Shown: positions 9,648 through 21,267 of the stretch, piece after piece | Position numbering within the stretch: the stretch's first letter is position 1 | How the letters are laid out: each line of letters opens with the position of its first letter | Assembly (NCBI GenBank): GCA_964592155.1 | Contig: CAZQDA010000001.1 | Location: forward strand, 17,149 to 81,148 | Reading direction: 5' to 3' | DNA from: an uncultured Christensenella sp. | GTDB lineage: Bacteria; Bacillota; Clostridia; Christensenellales; Christensenellaceae | Length of the DNA: 64,000 nucleotides | The notes under the pieces: model-generated | Told to the model about the DNA's origin: nothing | What the model saw: only the letters and a program-made list of their open reading frames with translations | The model's database searches: none | Translations under genes and position numbers: made by a program

Positions 9648-12600
9648 ATGGCAAAAGAGGGAATGATAGGTGGGTCGGTAACGTTAGATGCAAAAGACGT
9701 TGAACGGTCTATAAAAGAAATAGTTGAAAGCATAGAGGGGGCTACGTTAAAGATAGCTACTTCTATGGATGTTATGGTTAGTAAAATCGAAAAAGGTTTT
9801 ACGGGAACAGCTAATGCTGCTAAAAAAGCCGTCAAGGAAATAAAGGAAACAGCAGAGGAAGTTGGCGAGGTAGAGGATAGTTACGATAGTGTAATGAAAA
9901 GCCTTAAAGATTTCAAGAAAGAATTAGGTGCATCTCCTATTGAAACGGCATTTGATACATATACGGAAGACGTTAAGCAGTTAAATGAAGAGTTAAATAA
10001 AGTGCTTCCTATTGCTGGTGCATTGGGTGCTAAATTAAAATCAGCAGGTCAATTACAACCTACTGATATTTCTAAACTTTCTACGGGCGGTAAGGCTCAA
10101 ATTGAATCTGTTGGCATAGAACAATTAAATATACCTGCATTACAGCAGTATATGTCTATATTGCAAAATAGAGTTTCTTTGGGACAAGATTCTTTGAAAA
10201 TTGAGAATCAATTAGTAAATGCCATAGATAAAGCCAAAGAAAAATTAGCAGAAAGGCAAAAAACTGACAGACAAATTCAGGCTGAAAAAGAAAAGGCTGA
10301 CGATAAAGAATTAGCACGTCTAATTAAATTAGAGGCTGAAAATAATCGAAAATATGAAAAAGAATTTGCAGAGTTAGTTAAGTTAGAGGCTGAAAAAGAA
10401 AAGGCTATACAAAAGGAGATTGCATTACAGGAAAAACTAAAACAAGAACGTGCAGTATCAGCATTAGGGCAATATGATGTAAACATATCGCAAGGTACTA
10501 ACATCCAGCTTATGCAAATGAAAGAGTTTTATTCTCGATTAGAACAAGAGAGTAAAAACTACCAAATGACTCTTTATGAAATAAATGCCTTAGAAGAGGA
10601 TTCTGTTGAGAATGTACAAAAAAAGGTTCAAGCATTACAACAATTTCAAACGAAACAAAAAGTAGATATAACAGACCCCGAAAGTATTGCAGAAAATGAA
10701 AAACTCTTAAAGCAGATAGATGAATTACAGGCTAAATTAAAAAAGCTACAAACAATATCTGAAAAGCCAATAACTCCTAAAATGGCATTAGATATGCCGA
10801 GCAAGACTATTGAGGAAAGAACGGCTAAAACTAAAGCATTACAGCAAGCACGTTCTCAATTAGATACTACCGATGAAAAAAATACACAAACACTAAAGCA
10901 ATTAAACAGAGAGCTATTCAGACTTGATGAGGCAAACAAAAAAGCACTTACAAGCGGTGTAAATTTAGAGAATCAAACTAAGAAAATGAGTCTTACAGCA
11001 GAGGCGTTGACTCGAAGATTAGCATACTATTTCTCTATTACAGCGGCGGTAAATTTCGCTAAACAGTTAGTAAATATTCGTGGTGAATTTGAGTTGCAAC
11101 AAAAAGCATTAGCATCTATCATACAGAATAAAGATGAGGCTGATAAACTCTTTGCACGTATCACTCAATTGGCGGTACAATCTCCATTTCAGTTAAAAGA
11201 CCTTGTTGGTTATACCAAACAGTTAGCCGCATATAGAATTGAAACAGAAAGATTGTTTGATACAACTAAAATGCTTGCGGACGTTTCTGCTGGTCTTGGT
11301 GTTGATATGGGTCGTCTTATTTTGGCTTATGGTCAGGTACGTGCGGCATCTGTATTACGCGGTCAGGAGCTTCGACAATTCACAGAGGCAGGTATTCCTA
11401 TTATTGACGAACTCGCAAAGAAATTTACGGTATTAGAGGGTCGTGCGGTATCAGCAGGTGAGGTCTTTGAAAAAGTATCTAACCGTATGGTATCTTTCAA
11501 AATGGTGGATGAGATATTCCAAGATATGACCAAGAGCGGTGGTATTTTCTATCGTATGCAGGAGATACAAGCCGAAACTTTGAAGGGTAAGGTGTCTAAC
11601 CTTGTTGATGCTTATCAGTTGATGTTGAATGAGATTGGTAAGGGTACGGAAGGTACGCTAAAAGGAGGAGTTGATTTAGTTAGGTCTTTGCTTGAAAACT
11701 ATGAAAAATTAATTGCTGTATTATCGACCCTACTTGCTACTTATGGAACATATAAAATTGCATTATTTATAACTAATCAGTTAAAAAAAGATGCAATTAA
11801 ATGGACTATTGCTGAAACGATAGCTTTGATAAAGCAGACGCGTGCTACCGATGGAGTTGTTGCTGCCACTAAATTAGCCAATAGTCAGGTAGGAATATTT
11901 AGAAAACTAATCCTGACTATGGTGGCAAATCCCTATATTGCTATTGCAACAGCTATAATAGGAGTAGCAACCGCAATTGGCATAGCATTATATCAGTCAG
12001 GTAAATTAAACAGAGAATTAAATAAAATAACAGAAACATCTCTTAAAAATGCAGATCAACAATCAAGAGGATTTGATAGACTTGCTGATAGATTAAGGAA
12101 TGCAACAAAAGGGTCAGACGCTTTTAATGAGGCATTAAAAGAGATGAATAGAACTTATGGTGAATACTTGCCTAATCTTTTAACTGAAAATAATTATCTT
12201 ACAGAACTTGACAAAAACTACAATAAAGTAGTAGATAGTATATATAATAAGGCCAAGGCAAGTGCATTAGAAAAAGGATTTGCTGAAATAGAGCAGACTT
12301 ATGGACAAAAACAAATAAAAGCAATTAGTCAGATAAGAAAAGAACTTGAAAAGGTAGGTATACCAAGCGAAGAGGCGCAAGATATATTGAAAATTTATCA
12401 AGATAGAATAGATAAGATTGCAGATAGTGGTGAGGATGCTGCTGATAGATATATAAAAGCATTTAATTCATTGACATCAGTAGTATCAGAATATTATGCT
12501 AAAGATTCTGAAATGAAGAGTAAAGTATCATATATACCTATGTACAATACTCTTTTGGGTGAAGGAGTTAGTGATTTAGTAACAAATTTAAATAAACAGA

Positions 12601-15600
12601 AAAAAGCAGAAAAAGAGTTAATAGATATTAATGATGTTAGATTCAAGAAAGCAACATACAACAATTTAGAGGAAAAGAAATTAGTACAACCAATACTCGA
12701 TAAGTACGATAAGTTAAATAAAAATACAGCAAATACTATTGCTATGTATGAAGAATTAGCAGTAGCCTATAGAAATGCTGGAAATGAATTTAAGGCAGTA
12801 GATTATGAGAAAAAGGTTGCTGAATTAACTAAAGAAACAGCTAATTGGCTTGGTATAGTTGAAAAAATAACCGACACAAATGCCGCAGCTGCCTTCGTGC
12901 CAACAGAAGAGGAACAGAGTAGTATTTATAAATATATAGATAGAATAAGGAGTGAATATTCTACTCTTAAAAAACAACAAGATGATATTTCGCGTGGACT
13001 AAAAGCAGATAAAAGTACTATTGATGCAAACAAAGAACAGTTAAGTATTATTAATAAAATATCTAAAGCATTAAATTTCCAATTAGATTTATCAAAAGAA
13101 AAAGGTAAAAATAAAGAATTAGAGGCACTTGAAAAACAGTTTAAATTAGTAGATGATATTACTAAAAAATTTAAAGAATTAGTAAAAGAGACAGGTAGTG
13201 TTTCTATGTCTGCTGAAAAAACTAAAGAGGCATATCAAAAATTCTTTGATGATATAATGCCTAAAGGTTTTGATATTGGGCGTTTATTGACATTTAATCC
13301 ACAAGATATTATTAGGTTTGTACAAGATTTGTCTAATAAACTTAAAACTGAACAGGCAAAATTAGCAGGGACACAAAAATTAGCTGAATTAACTATTGCT
13401 TATGACATACAAGTTAATAAAGCAAGTGTTAATGAGGCCGATAAAACTTTAAATAATCTTTTTAGTGGGTATGAGTTGTCATTAGATATTGAGAGCACAG
13501 GTGAATTTGGAGGTATTTTAGTTGATTTATTTAAGTTTAAGCCTATTGATATTAATCAATTAGAAAATGAGGTTGCTAAAGTATTGACTGATTTGAGTAA
13601 TCAAATTTCAGATTATCAACAAAAAAAGGAGGATATAAGTATAATATTATCTGACCCTACTTTATTGAAAAAAGATAGAGATGAGTTGACTGCTACATTA
13701 AATGAAATTATTTCCGCCGAAAGTGATGCTTATAAAAAAATAGAAGATACTCAAAAGAAACTTGACAATACAAGACAAGATTATTATCGAAAAGTTGCAT
13801 CTTCTTTTGATGATTTATATAGAGCACACGCAGAATATCAGTATAGAATACTTGATATTGATAAACGAGTTGCTAAAGAGCAGTTAGATATACAAAAATC
13901 TTTTGACGAGAAGAGAATAAGTGAGGCACAAGCTACCCAATTAAAAATTGCATCTACTAAAAGGGGTGAGCAAGAGAAGGCTAAAGTAGAATTTGAGAAA
14001 TTCAAAGATACTGACGAATGGATTATGGCTTTCGAGGATATGGATAGATTATCATCGAGGGCTATAAATAGTATCTTAGAAAAACTAACAAAGTTTAAAG
14101 ATGAGCAAAAAGATTTGTCTCCTACTGAAATAAGAGAGGTTACAAATGCTTTCAAGAAATTACGTGAAGCTGCCGAGAAAAAAGATATTTTAGGTACTAT
14201 AACAAGTGGTTTTAAAGAATTTATAGCGGCATCTAAAGATGTTAAAAAATATAATGAAGAAGTTGCTGTAAATACTGAAAAACTTAAATTAGCTACTGAA
14301 AATGCAAATAATGCTGAAAAGGACTTTTTAGATACAAATAAAAATGCTATTCAAACAGGACGCGCTTATACTAAGGCATTAAAAGAACGTAATAAAGCTC
14401 AATCAGATTTAGATGAATCTAATAAAAAGTTATCAAATGCTGAATTAAAACAAGCAAATGCTCGCACCAAAACAGTTAATGGACTGAATGCTTATGCCTC
14501 TGCCCTAAATGGTGTTTCGAGTATGATGAGTCAGCTTGTAGAATTATTTGGTATAGCCGAGGACAGTGAATTAGGTGTATTTATGCAGGATTTAAGTAAG
14601 GCACTTGGGCTTGTGGCTACTGCATTAGGTGTAGCGGCGGCCGCTATGATTGCTTTTGAGGCGGCGGCATTGCCTATATTGGCAATCGGTGCGGCGGTTG
14701 CTGCTGTTATTGCTTCTATTTTATTTTTTACTGGTAAAAAACAAAGACGTATTGAAAAGGAACTTGAAAAGTCTGAATTAGCGGTAAAGAAATTAGAATC
14801 AGCATACGAGGATTTAGGACGCGCTATTGATAAAGCATATAGTCGAGAGGGTGACTTGGCGGCGAAGAATGTTTTAAAGAATTTAGAGAAGCAGAGGGAT
14901 GAACTTGCCAAGCAGATAAAGTATTACGAAAAGCTACCTAAATTTTTCAAGATTATGAGTAGTCAAAAATTAGGTAATCTTCGTAAGCAATATGCCGACG
15001 TAACTGACGCGCTAAAGATGTATTCTGAAACTGGCGAGTATAATGCTATTGTTTTAGAGCGATTAAAAATTGCGAATATAGAATTACAAAAAGCAGAGAT
15101 ACAAAGACAGATTCAACTTGAAAAGAGCAAGAAAAAGGTTGATAAAAAGGCTGTTGCTGATTTAGAAAATCAATTAAAAGATTTAGACTATCAGACTGCT
15201 GAAGTAATGGATAATATTGTCAATACTCTTATGGGTACTGATGTGTTATCTGCGGCGAATGATTTTGCTGATTCTTGGATTACTGCATGGAAAGAAGGTG
15301 CTGATACTATGGAGTTGCTTGAGGGTAAGTTTGATGATATGATTCAGAATATGATCGTAAAATCTCTTGCAAGCAAAATTGTTGCTTTGCGTTTAAGGAA
15401 AATGTGGGATATGGTAGACGAGTTTGCTAAAGATAACGTTCTAACTCCCGAAGAAATTAAGGCTATTGGCGCAGAGGGCAAGGCGGCATCTATAGATATT
15501 AATAAACAAATGATTGATCTTATGGGTGAGCTTGGTATTCTTTTTGGCGAGGCGGCGCAAGGCGGATTAAGTGGCTTACAAAAAGGAATACAAGGAATTA

Positions 15601-15845
15601 CGGAAGAAACCGCTTTAGCTTTGGAAAGCGTATTTAATAGTGTTCTATATCAGTCATATATACAATCTGAACATTTGAGTAATATACTTTCTGAATTACA
15701 AATTAGCAATAGCGGTAATTCTCAAATGTTGCTTATTGCGAGAGAAAGTTATCAAATACTTGTAGCGATGCGGCAATGGCAAGAAAGTATTACCAAGGCT
15801 GGGCATCCTGATGGAGGCAATGGAATCAAGGCGTTTATAAATTAA
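9648..15845 (+). CDS. Tape measure protein
   Basis: 2065 aa, helical, with tape-measure domain (QSPFQLKDL...RGQELRQFTEAGIP) and a hydrophobic segment near the C-terminus. Confidence 0.9.
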   Translation: MAKEGMIGGSVTLDAKDVERSIKEIVESIEGATLKIATSMDVMVSKIEKGFTGTANAAKKAVKEIKETAEEVGEVEDSYDSVMKSLKDFKKELGASPIETAFDTYTEDVKQLNEELNKVLPIAGALGAKLKSAGQLQPTDISKLSTGGKAQIESVGIEQLNIPALQQYMSILQNRVSLGQDSLKIENQLVNAIDKAKEKLAERQKTDRQIQAEKEKADDKELARLIKLEAENNRKYEKEFAELVKLEAEKEKAIQKEIALQEKLKQERAVSALGQYDVNISQGTNIQLMQMKEFYSRLEQESKNYQMTLYEINALEEDSVENVQKKVQALQQFQTKQKVDITDPESIAENEKLLKQIDELQAKLKKLQTISEKPITPKMALDMPSKTIEERTAKTKALQQARSQLDTTDEKNTQTLKQLNRELFRLDEANKKALTSGVNLENQTKKMSLTAEALTRRLAYYFSITAAVNFAKQLVNIRGEFELQQKALASIIQNKDEADKLFARITQLAVQSPFQLKDLVGYTKQLAAYRIETERLFDTTKMLADVSAGLGVDMGRLILAYGQVRAASVLRGQELRQFTEAGIPIIDELAKKFTVLEGRAVSAGEVFEKVSNRMVSFKMVDEIFQDMTKSGGIFYRMQEIQAETLKGKVSNLVDAYQLMLNEIGKGTEGTLKGGVDLVRSLLENYEKLIAVLSTLLATYGTYKIALFITNQLKKDAIKWTIAETIALIKQTRATDGVVAATKLANSQVGIFRKLILTMVANPYIAIATAIIGVATAIGIALYQSGKLNRELNKITETSLKNADQQSRGFDRLADRLRNATKGSDAFNEALKEMNRTYGEYLPNLLTENNYLTELDKNYNKVVDSIYNKAKASALEKGFAEIEQTYGQKQIKAISQIRKELEKVGIPSEEAQDILKIYQDRIDKIADSGEDAADRYIKAFNSLTSVVSEYYAKDSEMKSKVSYIPMYNTLLGEGVSDLVTNLNKQKKAEKELIDINDVRFKKATYNNLEEKKLVQPILDKYDKLNKNTANTIAMYEELAVAYRNAGNEFKAVDYEKKVAELTKETANWLGIVEKITDTNAAAAFVPTEEEQSSIYKYIDRIRSEYSTLKKQQDDISRGLKADKSTIDANKEQLSIINKISKALNFQLDLSKEKGKNKELEALEKQFKLVDDITKKFKELVKETGSVSMSAEKTKEAYQKFFDDIMPKGFDIGRLLTFNPQDIIRFVQDLSNKLKTEQAKLAGTQKLAELTIAYDIQVNKASVNEADKTLNNLFSGYELSLDIESTGEFGGILVDLFKFKPIDINQLENEVAKVLTDLSNQISDYQQKKEDISIILSDPTLLKKDRDELTATLNEIISAESDAYKKIEDTQKKLDNTRQDYYRKVASSFDDLYRAHAEYQYRILDIDKRVAKEQLDIQKSFDEKRISEAQATQLKIASTKRGEQEKAKVEFEKFKDTDEWIMAFEDMDRLSSRAINSILEKLTKFKDEQKDLSPTEIREVTNAFKKLREAAEKKDILGTITSGFKEFIAASKDVKKYNEEVAVNTEKLKLATENANNAEKDFLDTNKNAIQTGRAYTKALKERNKAQSDLDESNKKLSNAELKQANARTKTVNGLNAYASALNGVSSMMSQLVELFGIAEDSELGVFMQDLSKALGLVATALGVAAAAMIAFEAAALPILAIGAAVAAVIASILFFTGKKQRRIEKELEKSELAVKKLESAYEDLGRAIDKAYSREGDLAAKNVLKNLEKQRDELAKQIKYYEKLPKFFKIMSSQKLGNLRKQYADVTDALKMYSETGEYNAIVLERLKIANIELQKAEIQRQIQLEKSKKKVDKKAVADLENQLKDLDYQTAEVMDNIVNTLMGTDVLSAANDFADSWITAWKEGADTMELLEGKFDDMIQNMIVKSLASKIVALRLRKMWDMVDEFAKDNVLTPEEIKAIGAEGKAASIDINKQMIDLMGELGILFGEAAQGGLSGLQKGIQGITEETALALESVFNSVLYQSYIQSEHLSNILSELQISNSGNSQMLLIARESYQILVAMRQWQESITKAGHPDGGNGIKAFIN

Positions 15846-15855
15846 TTTAAAAACA

Positions 15856-15888
15856 AGGGGATTAATCGTGTGGTTAGTCCCCTATTTT
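15856..15888 (+). terminator. Intrinsic terminator
   Basis: AGGGGATTAATC/GGTTAGTCCCCT stem followed by ATTTT. Confidence 0.7.
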
Positions 15889-15937
15889 ACCTAATAGATT
15901 TTTAATATGCAAAAAATTTAATAAAGTGTTTATATAA

Positions 15938-15945
15938 TATCTTTG
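15938..15945 (+). promoter_or_regulatory. Bacteroidota -7 promoter element
   Basis: TATCTTTG just upstream of 15950. Confidence 0.5.
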
Positions 15946-15949
15946 TATT

Positions 15950-16549
15950 ATGAAAGAAATGGATATTTTTAAGCGTAATGCTGTGGATAGGAATTTGTGT
16001 GTAGGACATGCGCAAATGTGGGCTAATTGCAAAGATAATGAATCGCTTGTTAAACTATCTTTGCGTCCAAGTTCGATACCTTATATGGCGTATTCTATAC
16101 GTGATGGATGGGGGTTGTCTATGGATCATATATACGATAACTTCCATGAATACATAAATGGTGAACAAGTATTTTTAAGCGAGGATGATATGTGTATTAC
16201 GTCGGAGTTGTATTGTAAATTTAATGGTGATGTAGATTGTTTTTCAGACTTATATCATTTTATAGGTTGTAATTGCAATATATATGTTCCTACCACCAAA
16301 AGCAGTACGATACATATAAGCAATAATAGCAATGTGAGTATAGAGACGCGTGGATTGAATCATTTGATTATAAATATTTATGATGAGAGTAATGTTAATA
16401 TTAAAAATACAAGTGATGAACGTGTGAGTGTTGTTGTGAACAAATACAGTGATGATATAAAAATTTCTTATGAAAATATAGAAATAATAAGATTTAAAAA
16501 TAGAGATATTAAAATAGATGCTTATGGATATGGTATTTATAATGAATAA
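15950..16549 (+). CDS. Hypothetical protein (tail region)
   Basis: ORF track; no motif recognised with confidence. Confidence 0.5.
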   Translation: MKEMDIFKRNAVDRNLCVGHAQMWANCKDNESLVKLSLRPSSIPYMAYSIRDGWGLSMDHIYDNFHEYINGEQVFLSEDDMCITSELYCKFNGDVDCFSDLYHFIGCNCNIYVPTTKSSTIHISNNSNVSIETRGLNHLIINIYDESNVNIKNTSDERVSVVVNKYSDDIKISYENIEIIRFKNRDIKIDAYGYGIYNE

Positions 16550-16561
16550 AAAATATTATCA

Positions 16562-17014
16562 ATGAAAAATAGATATTTAATGCAAAAACCATACGATAAT
16601 GATATTATCGACATAGAGGATTTTTTTAATGGTTTACTAATAACATCAATTACAGGATTCGCTCAAAAAGGAAGTGCTAAAAATATATATGTTTCTGATT
16701 GGATAGATTCGAATATTAAAGATATATATATTCCTAATAATATATGTTATAATGCTATGGATGTTACTATTACATATATAGTAACTGACGCAAATGCAGA
16801 TATTAATGTATCAGATGTAAACGATAGATTTTTAGAATATATTTCTGGTGAAACAATATTTTATGATATGTATAGAAATAAAAAAAATACATTAATATTC
16901 AATGGTGGGGATGATATTTCTATGTGTTTACTTCAAAGAATAAAAGGGCAGAATAGAATAATGAATACAATAAAATTAATTAAAAAGTATAGTATAGATG
17001 AACGCGTGGGTTAA
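16562..17014 (+). CDS. Putative distal tail (Dit-like) protein
   Basis: 150 aa beta-rich protein near the tape measure gene; pattern typical of Bacteroidota siphophage tail-tip proteins (from recall). Confidence 0.4.
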   Translation: MKNRYLMQKPYDNDIIDIEDFFNGLLITSITGFAQKGSAKNIYVSDWIDSNIKDIYIPNNICYNAMDVTITYIVTDANADINVSDVNDRFLEYISGETIFYDMYRNKKNTLIFNGGDDISMCLLQRIKGQNRIMNTIKLIKKYSIDERVG

Positions 17015-17504
17015 GTCATTACCTTATTTGCTTATTTTAGCCTTAATTTTGGCATTTAGTGTGTCGGTTAATACATGCACTCGTATAAAGCAAGAAAAGC
17101 AGTATATTGAGGCTGAAAAACGCATTGACACCATAACAATAGTCGTGCGAGATACTGTATTTATTAAAGAACCAAAATATATAACAAAAAGAATTGTAGA
17201 CACAGTTGTAATTAAAGTCTCCGATACAATAAATAATATTGTTTATATTCCTATTGAGCAGAAAGAATATCGGAGTGATGATTATCAAGCGTGGGTAAGT
17301 GGATATGAACCTAAATTAGATAGTATAAATATATTCAAGAAAAACGAGATAAAATATATTACGCAGACGATACGTGATACAGGAGTTATAAAGAAGAAAC
17401 GACCTTTTGGTATTGGAATACAAATCGGATATGGATTAAATAAAAATGCAGAACTTACACCATATATAGGTGTGGGTATGTCGTATAATATAATAACATT
17501 TTAG
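16998..17504 (+). CDS. Membrane-anchored protein, possibly lysis-associated (spanin-like)
   Basis: N-terminal TM helix, DTV/DTI repeats, C-terminal GIGIQIGYG beta segment. Confidence 0.45.
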   Translation: MNAWVKSLPYLLILALILAFSVSVNTCTRIKQEKQYIEAEKRIDTITIVVRDTVFIKEPKYITKRIVDTVVIKVSDTINNIVYIPIEQKEYRSDDYQAWVSGYEPKLDSINIFKKNEIKYITQTIRDTGVIKKKRPFGIGIQIGYGLNKNAELTPYIGVGMSYNIITF

Positions 17505-17507
17505 GAT

Positions 17508-19095
17508 ATGGAGATATATTTTTTTGGTGGTGTGCTGTTAGGATATGTAATGGCAGTTATAGTATGTTATTTTGAATACAGAAATCGTGTTGATGATTTT
17601 ATATTTGAAATAGAAAAATACAAAGATACAATAAGCGAATTAAAACAAAAATATACTCCACAAAGAGATATTTTAACTGGTAAATTTAAAAGTAAAAAAT
17701 AGATGTATAAGGAAAATTGTTTGGCGTATGCGGAGATTCGCACTCTGCCTAAAATATGGGACGGAGAAACTCCGTTTCATAGAGGTATAGCCTTATGTGA
17801 AATGCGGACTGGGAGATTAGATTATATTATATGCGGATATAGGGATGGCAGTTTATTTGTTGCTAAAACATTCGACACAGGGTTAGTTCACAATTTCAAG
17901 GAAGTATATCCTTATGATATGGGTATTTTGCATGACGCGCCTAAAGTTATAGAGGTAAAATACGATGATATAATTACGACAAAAGAGGATAGTTTTTACG
18001 GAGTTACGGGTATAAATACGGTAGAACAAGCGCAATCGTGGTTGAGAGCAAATGGGATAAATAAGGGTATATTATCCGACAAACCCGAAAAACTTAAAGC
18101 AAGAATAGCAGAAATACTTGAAAATAAAACAATAGAATAATAATTTATGGCACAGAGAAAAGAGAACAGAGAAACATTGAATAAAGGTGATTTAAGAGCA
18201 AAGGTAGAATCTTTGCAGAATAAGATTGACACGGCAGTAGTTTTTGTGCCACGAACAAAAGATATGGGTAGCGTCTATTCAAATGGCGTAACGGTATATA
18301 TCGACAAAGATTATGCTATTGTAAGCAGAATGTATGTTCGGACTGTATATACAAGAGAAACGGCTACTTATAACCTACTCAATACTATATATCAACTGCA
18401 AATTAAAAAGCAGTCGAAAGAAGTTATGACCGAAGAAGAAGATAATGCGCTTTCAAATGGCCTTATATTCATTCAATCTTTGGTTATCACAGATATTTTC
18501 GCAACAGATTTGGAGTATGCTTTTAATAGCATAAATGATTATTTGGTGCGTATGGAGCAAAAATTAAAAGAGATTGATGATGCTAATTTGCCTATTGATG
18601 ATCCTTCTATATTGCCTGAAATGGCGCAAGAGGCGCAAATGATAGATAGTCTTAAAAAGGAATAGATATGTACACAGACAGCAAAATAATAAACGGTGGT
18701 AAGATAACTACGGCACAGACATTTAAACTAAAGGATAGTCAATTTTATATCTTCCTTGTACCTAAAAATGACACCGTGCCGACAATTATCACGCCTAATA
18801 TGAAACTGACGAGAAGTGATAGCCTTATATCGTTTCCGTTGCAAGTGGGTGTGTGGAATCCTGTTGTATTAGATACCTTGGTAGTAACATCGGGTATGAT
18901 AACAGACTACGACATTTATTATGGCAATGAATAATGAACGGTTTTTCTTTAGGAGTTAGAATAGGCGTTGATGTTTATGCTCCACGAAAAATAGAGATAC
19001 GACCCGAAGAAAAGAAAGAGGAACAATTTTTAGACAGTGAATCAATGACTTTCAAGACGGTTGATTTAGAGAACTTTAAAGTACAAGAGGAATAA
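17508..19095 (+). other. Run of five hypothetical genes: 17508-17702 (TM), 17703-18140, 18147-18665, 18668-18934, 18934-19095
   Basis: Tightly coupled ORFs; the last (53 aa, MNGFSLGVRIG...) found by manual translation. Confidence 0.6.
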
Positions 19096-21254
19096 TGGCG
19101 GACTACATAAGTAAATATAAAGGCAGTGAGATAGATGCTGGTATAGAGAAAGTAAAGGATATAGATATAGCCTCAACGGAGTATGTAAATACTGCGATAG
19201 GGGCTATTGCCGTTCCTACTAAGACGAGTGAATTAGAAAATGATAGTGATTTTGTTGTCGATGCTGAATATGTACATACGGACAATAATTATGCGAATGA
19301 GGAAAAGGATAAAGTTGCCATAATTGTTAATGATGGAGATGGTACTAAATATCTATCTGATGATGGAACATATAAAGAGGTTGATGGTGGTATAACGCAA
19401 GAGGAATTAGATGCTTTAAATTTATCTATAAATGATAGAATAGTATCTGCATCAACAAGTACATATTCTGCATCGATAGCATATATTGATAAGCAGATAA
19501 AAGAATTTGAAACGCTTGAATTGTTTATTAATAATGATGGTATTTCAACAAGTCAGCCTACAAGTTTAGGAACGTCTATACCTTTAAACTTAACAACTAC
19601 TCAACAACTTTGGTTTAGTAGGAATTATACTGTTGAAGCGCAGTCTTTAGTAGACAAGAATGTTTATAGTCTTATGTTGCCATTTTCATCTATTTCAACA
19701 TCGAGGGTTACCATTTGTCGTGCTATATGGAAGATATTTAATGATGGTATAACAAAAGTAATTTTTGATAAGGAATTTATATTGCCTCAAAATGCCACAG
19801 GTGATGTTGATTATCAAGGTGATTTTATTAGAGAATATCCTAATGACTTCACCGCGAATGTAGGTGATGTAGTTACTTTTGAATTGTATGGTAGAGTAAA
19901 TAATGGGACTGATACTGCTTATGTACTTTTGGGTGATAAAGATAGAACTGCTGTTTTGATAAGACAACAGCCTATTGCTAATTTGTCATCTAATAAGGTT
20001 ATTGACGATAATGGTACTGACATTAAGACTGTAAGAGAACGTCTTGAAGAAAAAGTAAGCTCTGAAAGTGTAGACCATATAGTTTCATTAACTAAAGCTG
20101 AATATGATGCTTTGGCGACTAAAGACGCTAATACTATATACAATATTACAGACGATTTTACCAATGATAATATTGCAATGTCACAAGTAAATGGGCTTGT
20201 TGATGCTTTGGATTTAAAGCAGAATAAAACAGACAACACTCTAAATACTACGAATAAAACTATTGTAGGTTCAATTAATGAGATTAATAGTATTAAACCC
20301 ACACAAACTAATGAGGCGATAACAAAGACGATAGATATTGCTAATTTGCAAGTAGAGATTGATTCTTTGCCTAAACTGTTGAATCATAATATTATATTTA
20401 ACGTTAATGGCGGTACAGAAAATGAGGCGATAACTATTTCTAACTTTTATGGCGCAGGAACATTACAAATAATCGGTGCATCTGTTAAGAATACGCTCAC
20501 TCATAATGTAAATAACTTTATAATTTCAGGTAACTCAAATAGGAGTATATCTATTCAAGGTTTTACAGCAACAAATACAACGGGTCTATCATTTTCTTTA
20601 AATGGCAATTCGGCAAATTTAAGTTTTACATATTGCAATACGGTTGCAGGGTCGGGAGTAACGAGTGGTCTTACGGGATTCCAAGTTCAATCTACAATTA
20701 ATTGTAGGTTAATTAGCACTACTATTTCAAATAAAAACATTGCTGTTGATTCTGCATCGGGGTCGAATGTTATATTATTTACAAGTTTAGATGGTGTTGG
20801 AAACAATAGATTATTTGCTACGAATGTTGGGGGATATGTAGAGGTAGATTGTCCGATAAATACTATTCAATATACTACGTTCCAAACAGGCAAGGGCAAT
20901 ATTAATTATTATGATGAGAATAAATATTTACTTACCGAAACATTTACAGGCAAATATTGGACTAATGGTAAGGCCATATACAAGAAGGTAATTGATTTTG
21001 GCGCATTGCCTAATACTTCTGAAAAGTTTGTTAATACAGATGTTTTAGGAATAGAAAATGTAATAAAAATAGAGGGTTATGGTACTGATGTTTCAGGTAC
21101 AACAATTCCCTTGCCTTATACACATACATTTATTGAAGGTAATATAGGGCTTTTGTATACAAAAACAAGCAATCAAGTTCGGGTTGCGACTGGAAGTGAT
21201 AGGTCGGGAATATTTGGTTATATTACAATATATTACACTTGCACAGATAGATAA
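19095..21254 (+). CDS. Tail fibre / receptor-binding protein 1
   Basis: Modular: PTKTSELENDSDF motif, KQNKTD...INEI coiled coil, beta-helix-like Asn/Thr/Gly-rich core, C-terminal ETFTGKYWTNGKAIYKK domain. Confidence 0.7.
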   Translation: MADYISKYKGSEIDAGIEKVKDIDIASTEYVNTAIGAIAVPTKTSELENDSDFVVDAEYVHTDNNYANEEKDKVAIIVNDGDGTKYLSDDGTYKEVDGGITQEELDALNLSINDRIVSASTSTYSASIAYIDKQIKEFETLELFINNDGISTSQPTSLGTSIPLNLTTTQQLWFSRNYTVEAQSLVDKNVYSLMLPFSSISTSRVTICRAIWKIFNDGITKVIFDKEFILPQNATGDVDYQGDFIREYPNDFTANVGDVVTFELYGRVNNGTDTAYVLLGDKDRTAVLIRQQPIANLSSNKVIDDNGTDIKTVRERLEEKVSSESVDHIVSLTKAEYDALATKDANTIYNITDDFTNDNIAMSQVNGLVDALDLKQNKTDNTLNTTNKTIVGSINEINSIKPTQTNEAITKTIDIANLQVEIDSLPKLLNHNIIFNVNGGTENEAITISNFYGAGTLQIIGASVKNTLTHNVNNFIISGNSNRSISIQGFTATNTTGLSFSLNGNSANLSFTYCNTVAGSGVTSGLTGFQVQSTINCRLISTTISNKNIAVDSASGSNVILFTSLDGVGNNRLFATNVGGYVEVDCPINTIQYTTFQTGKGNINYYDENKYLLTETFTGKYWTNGKAIYKKVIDFGALPNTSEKFVNTDVLGIENVIKIEGYGTDVSGTTIPLPYTHTFIEGNIGLLYTKTSNQVRVATGSDRSGIFGYITIYYTCTDR

Positions 21255-21267
21255 AATATAGAAAATT

